This document shows, one piece after another, positions 45,539 to 60,974 of a stretch of 64,000 nucleotides of DNA; within the stretch, counting starts at the first letter, position 1; each line of letters begins with the position of its first letter. Position numbers and translations under genes: made by a program. Source of the stretch: Eledone cirrhosa (lineage: Eukaryota); contig OZ024751.1 of assembly GCA_964016885.1 (NCBI GenBank), forward strand, positions 42,780,001-42,844,000, written 5' to 3'. The notes under the pieces are model-generated. The model saw only the letters and a program-made list of their open reading frames with translations, did no database searches and was not told the DNA's origin.

Positions 45539-46395
45539 AGGGTGGCCCTTAACAATAGGTAATTTTTCGGCTCCCAGCCCCTAATCCTCTTTTAATTAAC
45601 AGAAATGGGATGTGCAAAATTTCAGCTCAATCGGATAACTTTTAAGCGACCCTCAAACGACTTTAAGTTGGAACATAGTATATGCAACGATTAATTCTGT
45701 TCAAAAGCGATATGCTGTTCCATATCTCGACCATTTTCTTTTTTCTTCTTAGAGAAATTTATGTGGACACATCCAGGCAACCCCAGCAAATGTTTAAAAA
45801 CGTTCTGACTCAAATTTACCAATAGTTAATTTGAAAAATTCCTGAAATAACATGAAAAACTTAAGAAATATTAGGTTTTCTTAATAAAGGACACAACTTC
45901 TATAAGAGAAACGTATTTTTATTTACAACAATAACTTCTATAGAATCAAAAACATAATGTGAACACTGAACACTGAATATTGAACATTATTTTTGCATAA
46001 GAGAGGATTTAGTGGCAGTTGGGTATGTTTTACGGGTTTCGGTAACGGTCTGTAAAACAAATTGTTTCTCAGTTTCATTTTTTGTGAGAATGTTATTGTA
46101 ATCCTGAATGAGTTTGACACCTCTTTCTGCAACATCATTCACAACAACTGCCTTCTCAAGTTTTTCAGTCCACTTTTGTAACCAGGATCATCCTTCCATG
46201 TTGAAGGGTCTTTGTCGAGGAAATCGGTGCTGATAGAAAATCTCGTGAAGAAAGTTTTTGTACCTGGAGTTACAAAAGACGAAAACTCGATGTTTGTAGA
46301 GGAAGAAAAGTCATTTTGGTGCAGAATCTACCTCTTCAGTTGATTTTTTCACCTTTGTCTGCTTCCAGTATAACTTGAGCAATATTTGCCTTCAT
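45539..46395 (-). mobile_element. hAT (hATm-like) transposon 3' relic; transposase pseudogene 45987-46395
   Basis: Minus strand: FSSFVTPGTKTFFTRFSISTDFLDKDPSTWKDDPGY, frameshift, VVVNDVAERGVKLIQDYNNILTKNETEKQFVLQTVTETRKTYP. Terminus AGGGTGG at 45539. Confidence 0.8.
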
Positions 46396-47054
46396 AAATA
46401 TACATACATAGATATATACCTATATATATATATACATATGTACATATATACAAATATACTTAAATACATGCGCATATATATACATACACTCATACACATA
46501 CACACATGTATCTGCGTGTATGTGCGTGCATGTGTGTGCATATGAGTGCACGTACTTACGTGTGTGTATGTATGTGTAAATGTGTCAGTGTGTATGTATA
46601 CATCTTGTGTGTATACATCTTGTGTGTATACATCTTATGTGACCTGGTAGCAGGGCTGTCAATTCGACTGTAATAGGATTTAAACTAAATCCTTTCTATC
46701 CAATGTGATGGAGTCGTTTACACAAACTTCTCACAAATATTCTGACTTCCGTCCCACGCAAATCTTGTTAAATCTAACCTCTTCTCTTTCTCCTCCACTT
46801 TCACACCATTACAAAACTGAACACATTTTCTTACAGCCTCCATCTTTGTTCTTTAATGACTTCTATACCACGACTCTAATACCCACCCTTTAACTAATCC
46901 ATCTATAGAGTTCTTACGTTCTACACGCACAGTCACATGAATGTAAATATACATACATAAATATATACATACATACAGATATACAGACAGACATACAGGC
47001 ATATATTGGTAGATATATATATACAGTTATCACAGACACAAACATGTATATACG

Positions 47055-47099
<45 letters not shown>

Positions 47100-47102
<3 letters not shown>

Positions 47103-47214
47103 AACCAGTAAGACCCCGACGGCTGAGCTCAAGCCGTTTCGACACTCTACTACCCTAAGTATTGAGTACTTTGGTGCGTTATGGTCCACCTGGTTCCTTA
47201 CCACATTTCCTTCG

Positions 47215-47216
<2 letters not shown>
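47100..47216 (+). mobile_element. H1 element with the right arm deleted
   Basis: Left arm joined directly to the tail. Confidence 0.85.
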
Positions 47217-47269
<53 letters not shown>

Positions 47270-47431
47270 AAACCATAGAGTAAATATATACAGAATTTCA
47301 GAAGATCCAGTTATGGGTGAAAGCACCGATTATTTGCTTAAACTTTAATCTGTTATTTTAATATATATATATCGACAGTCGATCGATTTTCCAATTGCTA
47401 ATACTATCTATCGGTCGCAACTCCAGGTAGA

Positions 47432-47686
<255 letters not shown>

Positions 47687-47701
47687 TATATATTACATAT
47701 A

Positions 47702-47811
<110 letters not shown>

Positions 47812-47849
47812 ATATATATATATATATATATATACATACATATATATAT

Positions 47850-47990
<141 letters not shown>

Positions 47991-48046
47991 ATATATATAT
48001 ATATATATATAATATATATATATATTATATATAAAGAAGAAATAAA

Positions 48047-48155
48047 TGATGGTTAAAAGAGTTCCATATATTTTATTATGGCGCATTTCAAATACGAAAT
48101 TATCCTGGGACAAAAATGTGTTCTCATCAGAAAAATAAGGAAACATGATATGAGG
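48047..48155 (-). ncRNA. family H9 element with canonical HHR core (48069-48137)
   Basis: Minus strand TATTTTT-CTGATGA-GAACAC...ATTT-GAAA-TGCGCCATA-ATAAAATA; homologous to 18229-18337. Confidence 0.65.
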
Positions 48156-48275
48156 CAAATAGTTACTTGTTTACAGGAAAGTGGTAAGTCTACATACGTA
48201 GACTTAGTGCTACTTATCTGATATATGCATAGTTTTATTGTTCTACAAAATTACTCACCTCCTACACACACACAT

Positions 48276-48427
<152 letters not shown>

Positions 48428-48565
48428 GTATAGTTAAAATTTCCTCACATCACATGTATGAAGGACCTTAGGTTTCGGGGTCCAATTATGGCCACCACTG
48501 TATAATGGAGGAGTAGTTCTGTTAGACTCACATGTGATAAGTGCATGGAAATGTTATTATATTAT

Positions 48566-48602
<37 letters not shown>

Positions 48603-48778
48603 TGTATAATAAAACTTATAATAAACTATATATCACCTTGACCGACAGTCTGTCGGGCGCCAATCGCTGTTTTAGCCATAAGATAACGCCATCCCACTGG
48701 CTGGGCGGGCAGGCCGGTACTCATTTCTACAGCTGAGTAAACTGGAGCAACGTGAAATAAAGTGTCTTGCTCAAGGAA

Positions 48779-48853
<75 letters not shown>

Positions 48854-48900
48854 CGAAAAGAGGAGTGGTGATATATAGACAGACAAAGAGACAGACAGAC

Positions 48901-48964
<64 letters not shown>

Positions 48965-48965
<1 letters not shown>

Positions 48966-49011
48966 TGTTTCTTTATTAGCCACAGGGGCACAAAAGAAGG
49001 GGACAAATACG
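48965..49011 (-). mobile_element. 3' tip of the (TATC)n-associated LINE
   Basis: Nearly identical to 44565-44612 and adjacent to (GATA)n. Confidence 0.75.
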
Positions 49012-49107
49012 ATAGCTATGAGTGCAAGAGGAGCAATTGAAAATGTGTGACATATTTACTTTGCATGTAGATTGGTCAATATTACTTATGGAAACGTTTC
49101 ACTAGAA

Positions 49108-49264
49108 TAACAACAACAACAACAACAACAACAACAAAAACAACAACAACAAAAACAACAATAACATCAACAACACAACAACAACAACAAATAACAACAA
49201 CGACGATGACAACAACAATGACAACAACAACAACAACAACAACAGCAACAACAACAACAACAAC

Positions 49265-49315
<51 letters not shown>

Positions 49316-49735
49316 CAGCAGCGCAACAACGACGGCGACAAGAAAAACAACAGCAGCAACAACGACCACGACAACAACAATGACAACCACGATGGTAACA
49401 ACAACAACAACAGCAACAACAATCACCACCACCACTATTACTACTACTACTACTACTACTACTAATACTACTACTACTAAACTATTGCTACCACCACCAT
49501 TACTACTACTACGATAACGACAAAACCAACAATAACAACAACAGCAACAACAATCACCACCACCACCACCACACTACCACCACTACCACCACTACCACCA
49601 CTACCACCACTACCACTACTACTATTACTACAACAACTACCACCACCACTACTACTACGACAACGACAAAACCAACACCAACAACAATAACAACACAAAC
49701 AACAAGAAGAACAACAACAATAGCAACAACAACAC
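49108..49735. repeat. (AAC)n/(CTA)n/(CCA)n compound tract
   Basis: Direct inspection. Confidence 0.95.
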
Positions 49736-50163
49736 AGGTAACAAGATGGCGGACATTTGTAAGAAGCTGACAACTTCCTGGTAGTAATGTTAGTTAAGTG
49801 AGTGTTGTAATCCGTTAATGGTTTAATGTAAGAGGAAGGGAGCGGCGCGAGTGTGGGCGAGGAGCGGGAGGGTGGTGGGGAGCGGAGTTGGCAAATACCA
49901 ATACATTTACTGCTCCTGGTAAGTAGGGTTACCCTTTACTTTCTGGTTATGGCGGGAGGGAACCGGGAGAAGGACTCGAACGATAGAGATGCGGTGAGGG
50001 AATTAGCGAGAAAGTGAGAAAAATGATAGGGGGAAGGGTCAGAGCGAGGTAGTGTAGTGAGATAGAGGAGAAGAGAGAGGAGAGAGAGAGAGAGAGGGAG
50101 AGGAGAGAGAGAGAGGAGAGAGAGAAGGGATGGGAGAGAGAGAGAGTGTGATGAGAAGGAGAG

Positions 50164-50237
<74 letters not shown>

Positions 50238-50364
50238 CGGATAGAGTAATGAGAAGGAGAGATATGTGAGAGAGAGAGAGATAAGTGGGAGAGAGATGAG
50301 ATGGAAAGATGTGAGAAGATGATGTGAGAGAGGGAAGAGATAAGAAGGAGAGATGAGATGGAGA

Positions 50365-51010
50365 GACATCCCCCCCTGGACCGGACGCTAGTTCATCGCA
50401 GGGTTAAAGTCTCTCATGAGCCAGAGATGCTTATCACGTCAGTGCTTTTCCTGGTTTCCCTGTTGTGAAGCGATTGAAAGTAGAAGACCCCCCCCCCTCC
50501 TGGACAGGGACAACAGTCCATTGCAGCATTAAAGTCTGCCTCGTGTCTGGAGGTGCTTATCCTGGTTTCCGTGGCGTAAAAGATGAGAGTACAAGACATC
50601 CCCCAGGTCAGGACACCAGTCCATTACAGGTTTAAAGTCTGCCTCGTGTCTGGAGGTGCTTTATCTTGGTTTCCGTGGCGTAAAAGACTGAGAGTACAAG
50701 ACATCCCCCAGGACAGGACACCAGTCCATTACAGGTTTAAAGTCTGTCTCGGGTCCGGAGGTGCTTATCTTGGTTTCCGGTGGCGTGAAAAGACTGAGAG
50801 TACAAGACTCTCCCTCTGGACAGGACACCAGTCCATTGTATGGTTAAACTCCCAGCTACCAATGCTGGGACTCATTTTCAGTAGAATATACTGGAGCAAA
50901 GTGAAATGAAGTGTTTTACTTAAGAACACAACACACAATCCAGTTCAGGAATCGAACCCACGACATTATGACCGTATAGCTAACACCCTTCTCACTAGGG
51001 CCAAGCTCTC
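50365..51010 (-). mobile_element. V-domain-like SINE with a tandemly amplified 3' domain of about 104 bp
   Basis: tRNA-like head at about 50940-51010; AATGGACTGGTGTCCTGTCC...TACTCTC...CGCCACGGAAACCA repeated 4-5 times. Confidence 0.7.
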
Positions 51011-51369
51011 CCCACGTATAGTTAACCGGAGAATTTATACATAAGAGAGTATTATTTTCACATTATGCAGAAAAAACGTTGCATAGTCACAGATATATTG
51101 TAATAAATTCATACAGTGCAGTCTGTCGTATATTATTTTACAAGATATCTTTGTGTAGTTTACACGTACGTGCATCTATATTGTTTTAGCATATTTATGT
51201 TCGTGTCGGGAATAATACATTTTATACACACGTGTCGGTATGTGTACGTGTGTGTATGTACGTACGTATGTGTGAATATATGAACGTGTGTTTGGAATAT
51301 AGAGCTAATATCTAGAAAACGTAAGTGGACCAGGGGTTCAGGTTTCGATTTTGAGTAGAATTATTGATA

Positions 51370-51530
51370 TAGGCGGCGAATTGTCAGAGTCGTTAGAACA
51401 TAGGGTAGAATGCTTTGTGGCAGACGTTCTGCCTGTCTCCTCTCTGACTTCAAATCCCACCGAGGTCAACTTTGCCTTTCATCCTTTCGAGGTCGTTAAA
51501 AAAAGTACCAGTCTAGTATTGGGGTCGATT
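51370..51530 (+). mobile_element. older SINE-A-related copy
   Basis: TTCAAATCCCACCGAGGTCAACTTTGCCTTTCATCCTTTCGAGGTCG. Confidence 0.75.
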
Positions 51531-51583
51531 CTTCCTCGCTCTCTCTCTCTCTCTCTCTCTCTCTGGTTCTCTCTCTCTCTCTG

Positions 51584-51664
<81 letters not shown>

Positions 51665-51821
51665 TTCTCTCTCTCTCTCTCTCTCACTATCTCTTTCTCT
51701 CTCCATTTCTCTCATTCTCTGGAATATGCTGGAAATCTGCTGGATTGCGTGTGATGTGAAGATGTAGAGGATGACAAGTACGATGTAGATGATGATGAAG
51801 ATGATGATGATGATGATGTCG

Positions 51822-51868
<47 letters not shown>

Positions 51869-52129
51869 CATTATTATTATTAGATGAGAATGGTGAATCG
51901 ATGAAAAGAAGCCGTAATGATGAAAAGACTTAGATAAGAGAACAAGAGAGAGAGAGAGACAGAGAGACAGAGAAACAGAGAGACAGAGAGGAAGAGAAAG
52001 AGAGAAAAAGGGAGAATGAGTGAAAAAGTGTGACAATGCAAGCGAGAGGAAAAACGAAATATAGGCAGAGAGAGAGAGGGGGGTGGAGAATGAGAGATGG
52101 GTGAGGGAGGAAGAAAGAGAGAGAAAGAG

Positions 52130-52488
52130 ACCGGGGGAGAGGGAGAGAGAGAAAGAGCGAGGGGGTGAGGAAGAGAGAGAGAGAGAAATAGAGAGGGGGA
52201 GAGGGAGAGAGAGAGAGAGAAAGGGTGAGGGGTGAGAGAGAGAAAGAGCGAGGGGGTGAGGGAGAGAGATAGAGAAATAGAGAGGGGGAGAGGGAGAGAG
52301 AGAGAGAGAAAGAGTGAGGGGTGAGAGAGAGAAAGAGCGAGGGGGTGAGGGAGAGAGAGAGAGAAATAGAGAGGGGGAGAGGGAGAGAGAGAGAAAGAGT
52401 GAGGGGTGAGAGAGAGAAAGAGCGAGGGGGTGAGGGAGAGAGAGAGAAAGAGGGAGGGGTGAGAGAGAGAAAGAGCGAGGGGGTGAGG
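52130..52488. repeat. purine-rich minisatellite (GAGAAAGAGCGAGGGGGTGAGG units)
   Basis: Direct inspection. Confidence 0.85.
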
Positions 52489-52696
52489 CTAAAATAAAGT
52501 GATATTCAGCAAGATGAAATAGATGTGGAATGAAGAAATGTGAAGAACAAAAAATATGTCCATAGGAAATATAACAAATGGAACAGGATCCGTATGAAAG
52601 AATGACACAAATAATATGAAAAAATTAAGGACTATATATATATATATATATACACACATATATATGTGTGTGTGTATATATATATATATATATACA

Positions 52697-52758
52697 ATGA
52701 TATTAAATAAATGGAAACTATATTTATAAAACATATTTATTCTATTATATATATTTGA
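52697..52758 (-). mobile_element. H5 fragment (3' of the HHR core)
   Basis: ATAAATGGAAACTATATTTATAAAAC... next to (TA)n. Confidence 0.65.
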
Positions 52759-52790
52759 ATATCCGTTTTGCTTATATATGTATATATATA

Positions 52791-52839
<49 letters not shown>

Positions 52840-52878
52840 ATATATATATATGTCTGTGTGTGTATATATATATATGTC

Positions 52879-52929
<51 letters not shown>

Positions 52930-53006
52930 GTACATATATAATATATATTATATATATATACATACATACATATATATACATATATATACATATATACATA
53001 CATACT

Positions 53007-53038
<32 letters not shown>

Positions 53039-53062
53039 TATATACATATATACATACATACC

Positions 53063-53171
<109 letters not shown>

Positions 53172-53793
53172 ACATTATGCAAAGGGAAATGAATTAATGA
53201 ATGAACGAGGAAACAGCTCTAAAGAAATTTCGAGAAAATGTGATGGAGATAGAAAAAAAAAAAATTTTCAATAGGCTTCCATTCGTATCATTTCCCGAGA
53301 GATAAACCCAAACTTGAAATGAATAGCTTAGGGGAAATATTTGGATTTCAATGAAATCGCTATATTTAAACCGGAACTGTTTGCAGTTATAGAAAAGTTG
53401 AGCTGAGAATCTGTAAAACACGAACACACATATATGAATAATTTGCATGTTTGCTCTACAGATATTTCGTCTATTTATCTAGGCATTCATGAATACATTA
53501 CGATGTTAGTTTATAATATATATGTATAAATAAATATATATATATGTATATAAATATATATATATATGTATGTGTGTGTGTATATATATGTATATATATT
53601 TATGTATGTATGTATATATATATATATACTTGTGTGTTTTGTACTAGAGAATGACTGAATGCCTTACAAACATGTAACAACAATTTCCCTAGAGCGTCAA
53701 TGTGTTAATACGGTTGTTAGCAAGAAATGTGACATAAACACAACAATACTATTTTCCATTAAATCTATTATATGATAGGTGGTGGATATTATA

Positions 53794-53981
53794 AGGCGGT
53801 GGATTGGCAGTATCGGTAGAGGGTCGGACGCCATGCTTTCCAGCATAGTTACGTCCCTTTACGATCTGAGTTCAAATCCCGCCGAGGTTGACTTTGCCTT
53901 TCATCCTTACGGGGTAGATAAAATAAAGTCCCAGTAATGCACTGTTTAATTGCTGGACTTGTGCCTAAAGTAGAAACAATT
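53794..53981 (+). mobile_element. full-length SINE-A
   Basis: Matches the other copies; 16-bp TSD ATTAAATCTATTATAT at 53758 and 53979. Confidence 0.9.
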
Positions 53982-54172
53982 AAATCTATTATATTATATG
54001 GTTATCTCATATCTCGCGGTCTCGTGTTCAAATACTACCTTTCAGCATTACAGAGGAGGACGACATGATTTGTGTTATATAGATACGTCCCTTTGCGTTC
54101 TGAGTTCAAAGACCGTTTTGAAGTTGAAGTTAGCTATGCCATTCTTCTTTACGAGAACGTTTAAATAATTCT

Positions 54173-54343
54173 TTCTTCTTTTGGCACAAGGCCTGCAATT
54201 ATCCCAGTGTATTACTGGTACTTTATTTTATCGACCCTGTAAGGATGAAAGGCAAAGTTAACCTCGGCGGGATTTGAACTCAGAACGTAAAGGGATGTAA
54301 CTTTATACTGGAAAGCATGGTGTCCGACCCTCTACCGATACTG
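54173..54343 (-). mobile_element. SINE-A copy
   Basis: Reverse complement of the family A sequence. Confidence 0.88.
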
Positions 54344-54479
54344 TACTGGTAACACATTAGGGGCGATTTAATATCATTCTCTATCTATCTGTATATATGT
54401 ATATATATGTGTGTATGTATATGCTTGCATATATCTATGTGTGTGTTTGTATGTATATGTGTGCATGTATCTATGTATA

Positions 54480-54535
<56 letters not shown>

Positions 54536-54611
54536 TGTATATATATATGCCCCAAGGCTCTAAAACCATCAACACCATAAACACAGAGCTGGCATATCTA
54601 AGAACTGACTA

Positions 54612-54667
54612 ACTGCCTGATGAGGCCATAGCCATTCAATAGCTATCATCGAAATATATATAGCAGT
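54612..54667 (+). ncRNA. type-I hammerhead ribozyme (H3-related) in TA-flanked element 54549-54712
   Basis: ACTGC-CTGATGA-GGCCATAGC..GCTATCATC-GAAA-TATATATA-GCAGT-AAATAAA. Same stems I and III as H3 but a different stem II and flanks. Confidence 0.8.
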
Positions 54668-54712
54668 AAATAAAGGATTATGAGTTCATGCAATTGACTT
54701 AAGTTTCGTCAC

Positions 54713-54891
<179 letters not shown>

Positions 54892-55063
54892 GACGTAAAA
54901 TAAGAAAATTATAAAAATTAACTTACTTACTAAAATTTCAGTCCAACTAATTAGTTTCTGAAAGGGAATAGGTTACTATTCTGAATAGGTTACTAAGACA
55001 AAACCTATATATTTGCTAGCATAGGTATGCATCTGTATATATATGTTGGTAGATATACTAATT

Positions 55064-55456
<393 letters not shown>

Positions 55457-55765
55457 CATATATATACATATATATATATATGTATACATATATATATGTA
55501 TATATATATATATATAGATATAGATAGGTAAATATACACGGGTGTGTATGATTGTGTATAGAAGATTATATTAATAAGAGGAATTCCAACTTTGTCTGAT
55601 TTACTCGTTTTATTTACAATCCTTTAAAATATATATAATGGTATTATAATGAAATAGTATGATAGAATATTAAATTCTAAGTGTTAATTGAACAAGTACT
55701 TTCATGCTTTCGCAATCTTCAGGTTCATGATATGTGGTGACAGTCGAGTTTGCAATTTTCAACTG

Positions 55766-55865
<100 letters not shown>

Positions 55866-55866
55866 G

Positions 55867-55916
<50 letters not shown>

Positions 55917-56332
55917 CATATATATAAATATGTATACACACAGATACAAATATACAATAGAAGCTTATATCCACAACAACACTTGCCACGCCTAACGCTA
56001 AGTTGAAACAGGTGGTAACTTTAAAGAAAATTTCGCGAAAATATCAGAAGAAAAAATCTTAATGCTTCAAATATTGTAAAAACAAAAGTTAATGGAACAA
56101 GGTGGCGTTGTATCAAAATTTCATCTCTACAAATTACATAAGACTTGTGTTTCATTGTTATTTCAGAACGACATCTTTGTATATTTTTTTGGTTTGTAAT
56201 ATTGTATTTTGATGTATTTTATTTCAATTATAAATCTCCATAAATCATCAGTTAGAATCAGGTGATGTTTGCATATATATTGTTTCAGTGTGTGTGTGTG
56301 TGTGTGTGTGCGCGCACGTGCACGTACACACA

Positions 56333-56376
<44 letters not shown>

Positions 56377-56410
56377 TAGATATATAGATAGATAGACGTA
56401 GATGTTTATA

Positions 56411-56446
<36 letters not shown>

Positions 56447-56488
56447 TATATATATATTTACACACACGCGCACACACACCTATATTAT

Positions 56489-56528
<40 letters not shown>

Positions 56529-56564
56529 GCAGTGAGAGAGAGAAAGAAAGATATATATATGTAC

Positions 56565-56632
<68 letters not shown>

Positions 56633-56657
56633 TATGCATACACATACACACACAGAG

Positions 56658-56724
<67 letters not shown>

Positions 56725-57136
56725 GAAAGTCCTCCGGCGTGTTGGACGTGATTGTTATGTAAATCTATTTTATATTTCTGCCAGAATACTGGAGACATAT
56801 TCTCACAGCAATTGTTCTGAGGAAAGAAATATTATTTCAAGCTATGAGATGATAGACACTTCCATTCTCTCTCTCTATATATATATATAGCATTCAGGTT
56901 GTTGATCCTATTTTCGAAGTGGAATACTTTATATATATATATACATCTATGGTTCAGCTAACCACTCGACTCCCGGGAATGAATATGACCGCAGCTAGTA
57001 AACAAGGACCCACACCCCACCCTCCCGCACCAAAATTAGACTTATCGTCCCCTACTTTTGCTCTTTACTCTCTTTACTCTTTGTTCTTGAATGTTTGGTT
57101 GGTAGAGTCCATAACACCAATCAAACCCCTTTTATA

Positions 57137-57180
57137 GCTCTGACGAATCCTACGGTTACGTAAGAAGAAACATTGTAAGC
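57137..57180 (+). ncRNA. type-I hammerhead ribozyme (family H12) in TA-flanked element of about 56890-57226
   Basis: GCT-CTGACGA-ATCCTACG GTTA CGTAAGAA-GAAA-CATT-GTA-AGC-CAATAAA. Confidence 0.7.
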
Positions 57181-57425
57181 CAATAAAAATCTTTTGATGT
57201 TGTAGACGCTCTTGTGTCTTTTATCATATATATATATATATTGGTAAACGGAAAAGAAAATGCTGACAAATTGTTCACAGTGAAAAATAGTTTAATTAGG
57301 AATAAGTGAAAATTAGTAATAGTATTGGTTAGTATTCAGTTTTGGTTTTAAGTTTAACCGGTTGCGCATTTCTAATGCTTTTCAAAAATAATTTTGAGAT
57401 AGAGCGCCCGTGATGTTTGCTCTAA

Positions 57426-57460
<35 letters not shown>

Positions 57461-57598
57461 AGAATATTTTCGAAACAGCGAGTGGGATTGAAATTATTAG
57501 AAATTATTAGAAATTTTGACTAAAGAAATTAAAGAAATTATTTAGCCTGATAGTGGGGTTAAGAACCCTCGGAGAAATGGAAAAAGATGAGTATTGAC

Positions 57599-57654
<56 letters not shown>

Positions 57655-58413
57655 AATGTACGATGCAGAATTTTCGGCTTTTGAAGCGATGAGAATATAT
57701 GTAATTATATAAGTATAAGAACGTACTGAAGTACAAAAATGCTATAAAGATACCTTATAAAATAGGATGAAATCTCTTAAAAGACGGTTAAAAATGTTGC
57801 CATCGGCTGTTATAAGGAATTGAACCAATGGAAGATGTCAATTCCTGTCTTCCATACATTGAAAGGAAATATTTTAGCGACAGTGATATTTTTTTTTTTT
57901 ACTTTTTGTCTATTCTAATGTTTTTAAGGTAAAAGATGAACAGATTTAAAAATAAAACTGACAAATTTTCTGTTTGCTTTCAAACTGCGAGTAACTACTA
58001 GTGTCATACTGTCAAATGTTAGTCAGGAGATTGTTGTGAGACAATTTACATATCAAAGCTGTTTCTTTTACAATTGACATTTCGGTGAGATTATCGAATC
58101 TGTACAGCATCGCCGTTTCAGTGTTGAAACTGTCGATAGTTCTAACAAAAAAAAAAAACAAAACCAACCAAATATAGCAAAGAAGTCTATAAAATCTATA
58201 AAGTCTTATAATAAATGTATAGCCTTTTTTTGTCAGTCTCTCATATGAACAATAAGTTCTGTCAAAAGTGTTCTAAATTATTCTATTTATAACAGTTTTG
58301 ACTATCTTTCTGTTTGTCTGCCCGTTTATCTGTTTGTCTCTCGTCTTCCTTCTTTCTCGCTCTCATTCTCTCTCACTTTCTCTGTCTCTATTCCTTTCTC
58401 TCTCTCTCTCTCG

Positions 58414-58500
<87 letters not shown>

Positions 58501-58573
58501 TCTCTCTCACTCTCTCTCTCCCTCTCTCTCTCTCTCTCTTTACACACACACACACACATTTATATATATATAT

Positions 58574-58894
<321 letters not shown>

Positions 58895-59797
58895 GTAGCT
58901 AGATATGTACGTATGTTTATTTATATGTGTATGTATTGCACTATTAAACCAGTAACATGGGTTTCACAAAGAAACCGAACAGCGTATATTATGTCCATTA
59001 AAAACTAGGTAGCGGTCTGTATTTAACGAAAATCTATGGAGGATTGTTACCGGTGAGGAATTCTCTTTACTTATCTTCAGGTCATTAAATTATTATACAC
59101 GCCTTTATACACACATATATGGACAATGTTTATTTAAATTTACTTTATTTTATTCTATTTTCTCCCCATCTGTATTTCAATATTTTTACCGAGCTTCAAT
59201 ATATATATATATAAATCGCTTTATTACTTGGAAAGAAAACATTATCTTAAATAAATTTCGAAAAAATAAAAAATATTAAAAATTAAAAATAAAAAAAATA
59301 AAAAAAAAACTTCCAAGAATTATGACTTCTATCATCAATATACGTGACTCACTTTTACCGAAATTACTTTCTTAAATGAAATGCTAAAAAGACAAACACA
59401 TGAATAAAATATTTGAAAAATATAAAAAACGATAAAAAAAAACGAAAAACGAAAACAACAATCCGAAGCAAAAACAATTCCACCTTTTTGCTAGAATCTG
59501 TTTATTCAAGCAGAATTTGGTGGAAATAGCCTTGAAATAAAACGCTTAAATGTATGGTAGAGTATTATTAAATGCTTTGATGAAATTATATGAGCTTTTA
59601 AAATATAAAGAATATATTTTATATTTTATATTATATCTATGAAATATTGTATATGTTGCTAAAATATATATGGTAGGCAGGTATAAACTATATACAGAAA
59701 AGTATGGAACGGGCTATAAACGTTACGCACATATATACACACGTACACACATATATATGTGTATATTTATATATATATATAGTGTATATAGATATAA

Positions 59798-59853
<56 letters not shown>

Positions 59854-59944
59854 TAAAATAACAGATTAAAGTTTAAGCAAAGAATCGCTGCTTTCACCCT
59901 TAATATATATGTATGTGTGTGTGTATATGTATATATATATATAT

Positions 59945-59998
<54 letters not shown>

Positions 59999-60196
59999 AC
60001 ATGTATATATATATGCACATATGTATGTGAGGTGCGTGTGTGAGGGGTGTTGAAATCTATTGCATGTGACGTGTGTATGTGTGGGTATGTCAGTGTTTGC
60101 GTATGTATGGGTTTGTGTTTATACGTGCTAATATTGGTGTGTGTATAAAACTTTCAGATCGCTGCCCATATACATAAATCATATATATATATAAAT

Positions 60197-60253
<57 letters not shown>

Positions 60254-60974
60254 GCGCAGTTTGCATACACATATTCTCGTACACATACACACACACATAT
60301 ACACACATGGGCGCGTACATGTATGTGTATGTTTATATGTATGTTATGTATGTATGTATATAAAAGTGCTGAACTATACATATACTATGTAGTTATGTGT
60401 TGTAATCTATGGTATGTATATTTATGTGTGTGTATTTATGTGTGTGTGTATTTATGTGTGTGTGTATGTATGTGTGTCGGTCAGTTTTTACATATGATAA
60501 TGAATGCCTCTTGTTTGTGTGTTTATGCATGTGTGTGTATGTGTTAGCGTGATATAACCTGTGTGGATGTGTGAGAACGCGTCTATATGTGTGTTTGTGT
60601 GTGATGATGTGTGTTTGTATGTCATAATGTGTGTGTATGTGTGCCTCTATGTGTATTTGCATGTGATAATCTGTGCATGTGTATATGTATGTATGTGTGT
60701 ATGTATGTGTAAGTGATAATATATGTGTCTATATGTATGTGTATATATATGTATGAGTATGTGTACATATGTTTCTATGTAATAATATGTGTATCTGAGT
60801 ATATATGCAATAATATGTGTATGTGTATATGTGTATGTGTATCTGTGTATGTGTATATGTGTATATGTGTATGTGTATATGTGTATATGTGTATATGTGT
60901 ATATGTGTATATGTGTATATGTGTATATGTGATATGCATGTATGTGTATATGTATATATATGTATATGTATATA

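Noticed and set aside
47299-47330. HHR-like CAGAAGA-TCCA GTTA TGGGT-GAAA in a TA-flanked island
   Set aside because: The core is mutated and stems I and III are not convincing; possibly a decayed family member.
48480-48503. Tc1-like terminus (minus strand TACAGTGGTGGCC), also a piggyBac-like CGCGGGTTAA at 11869-11878
   Set aside because: Single ends with no partner TIR or coding remnant.
57546-57580. CTGATAG-TGGGGTT AAG AACCCTC-GGAGAAA hammerhead-like hairpin
   Set aside because: The core deviates at essential positions.
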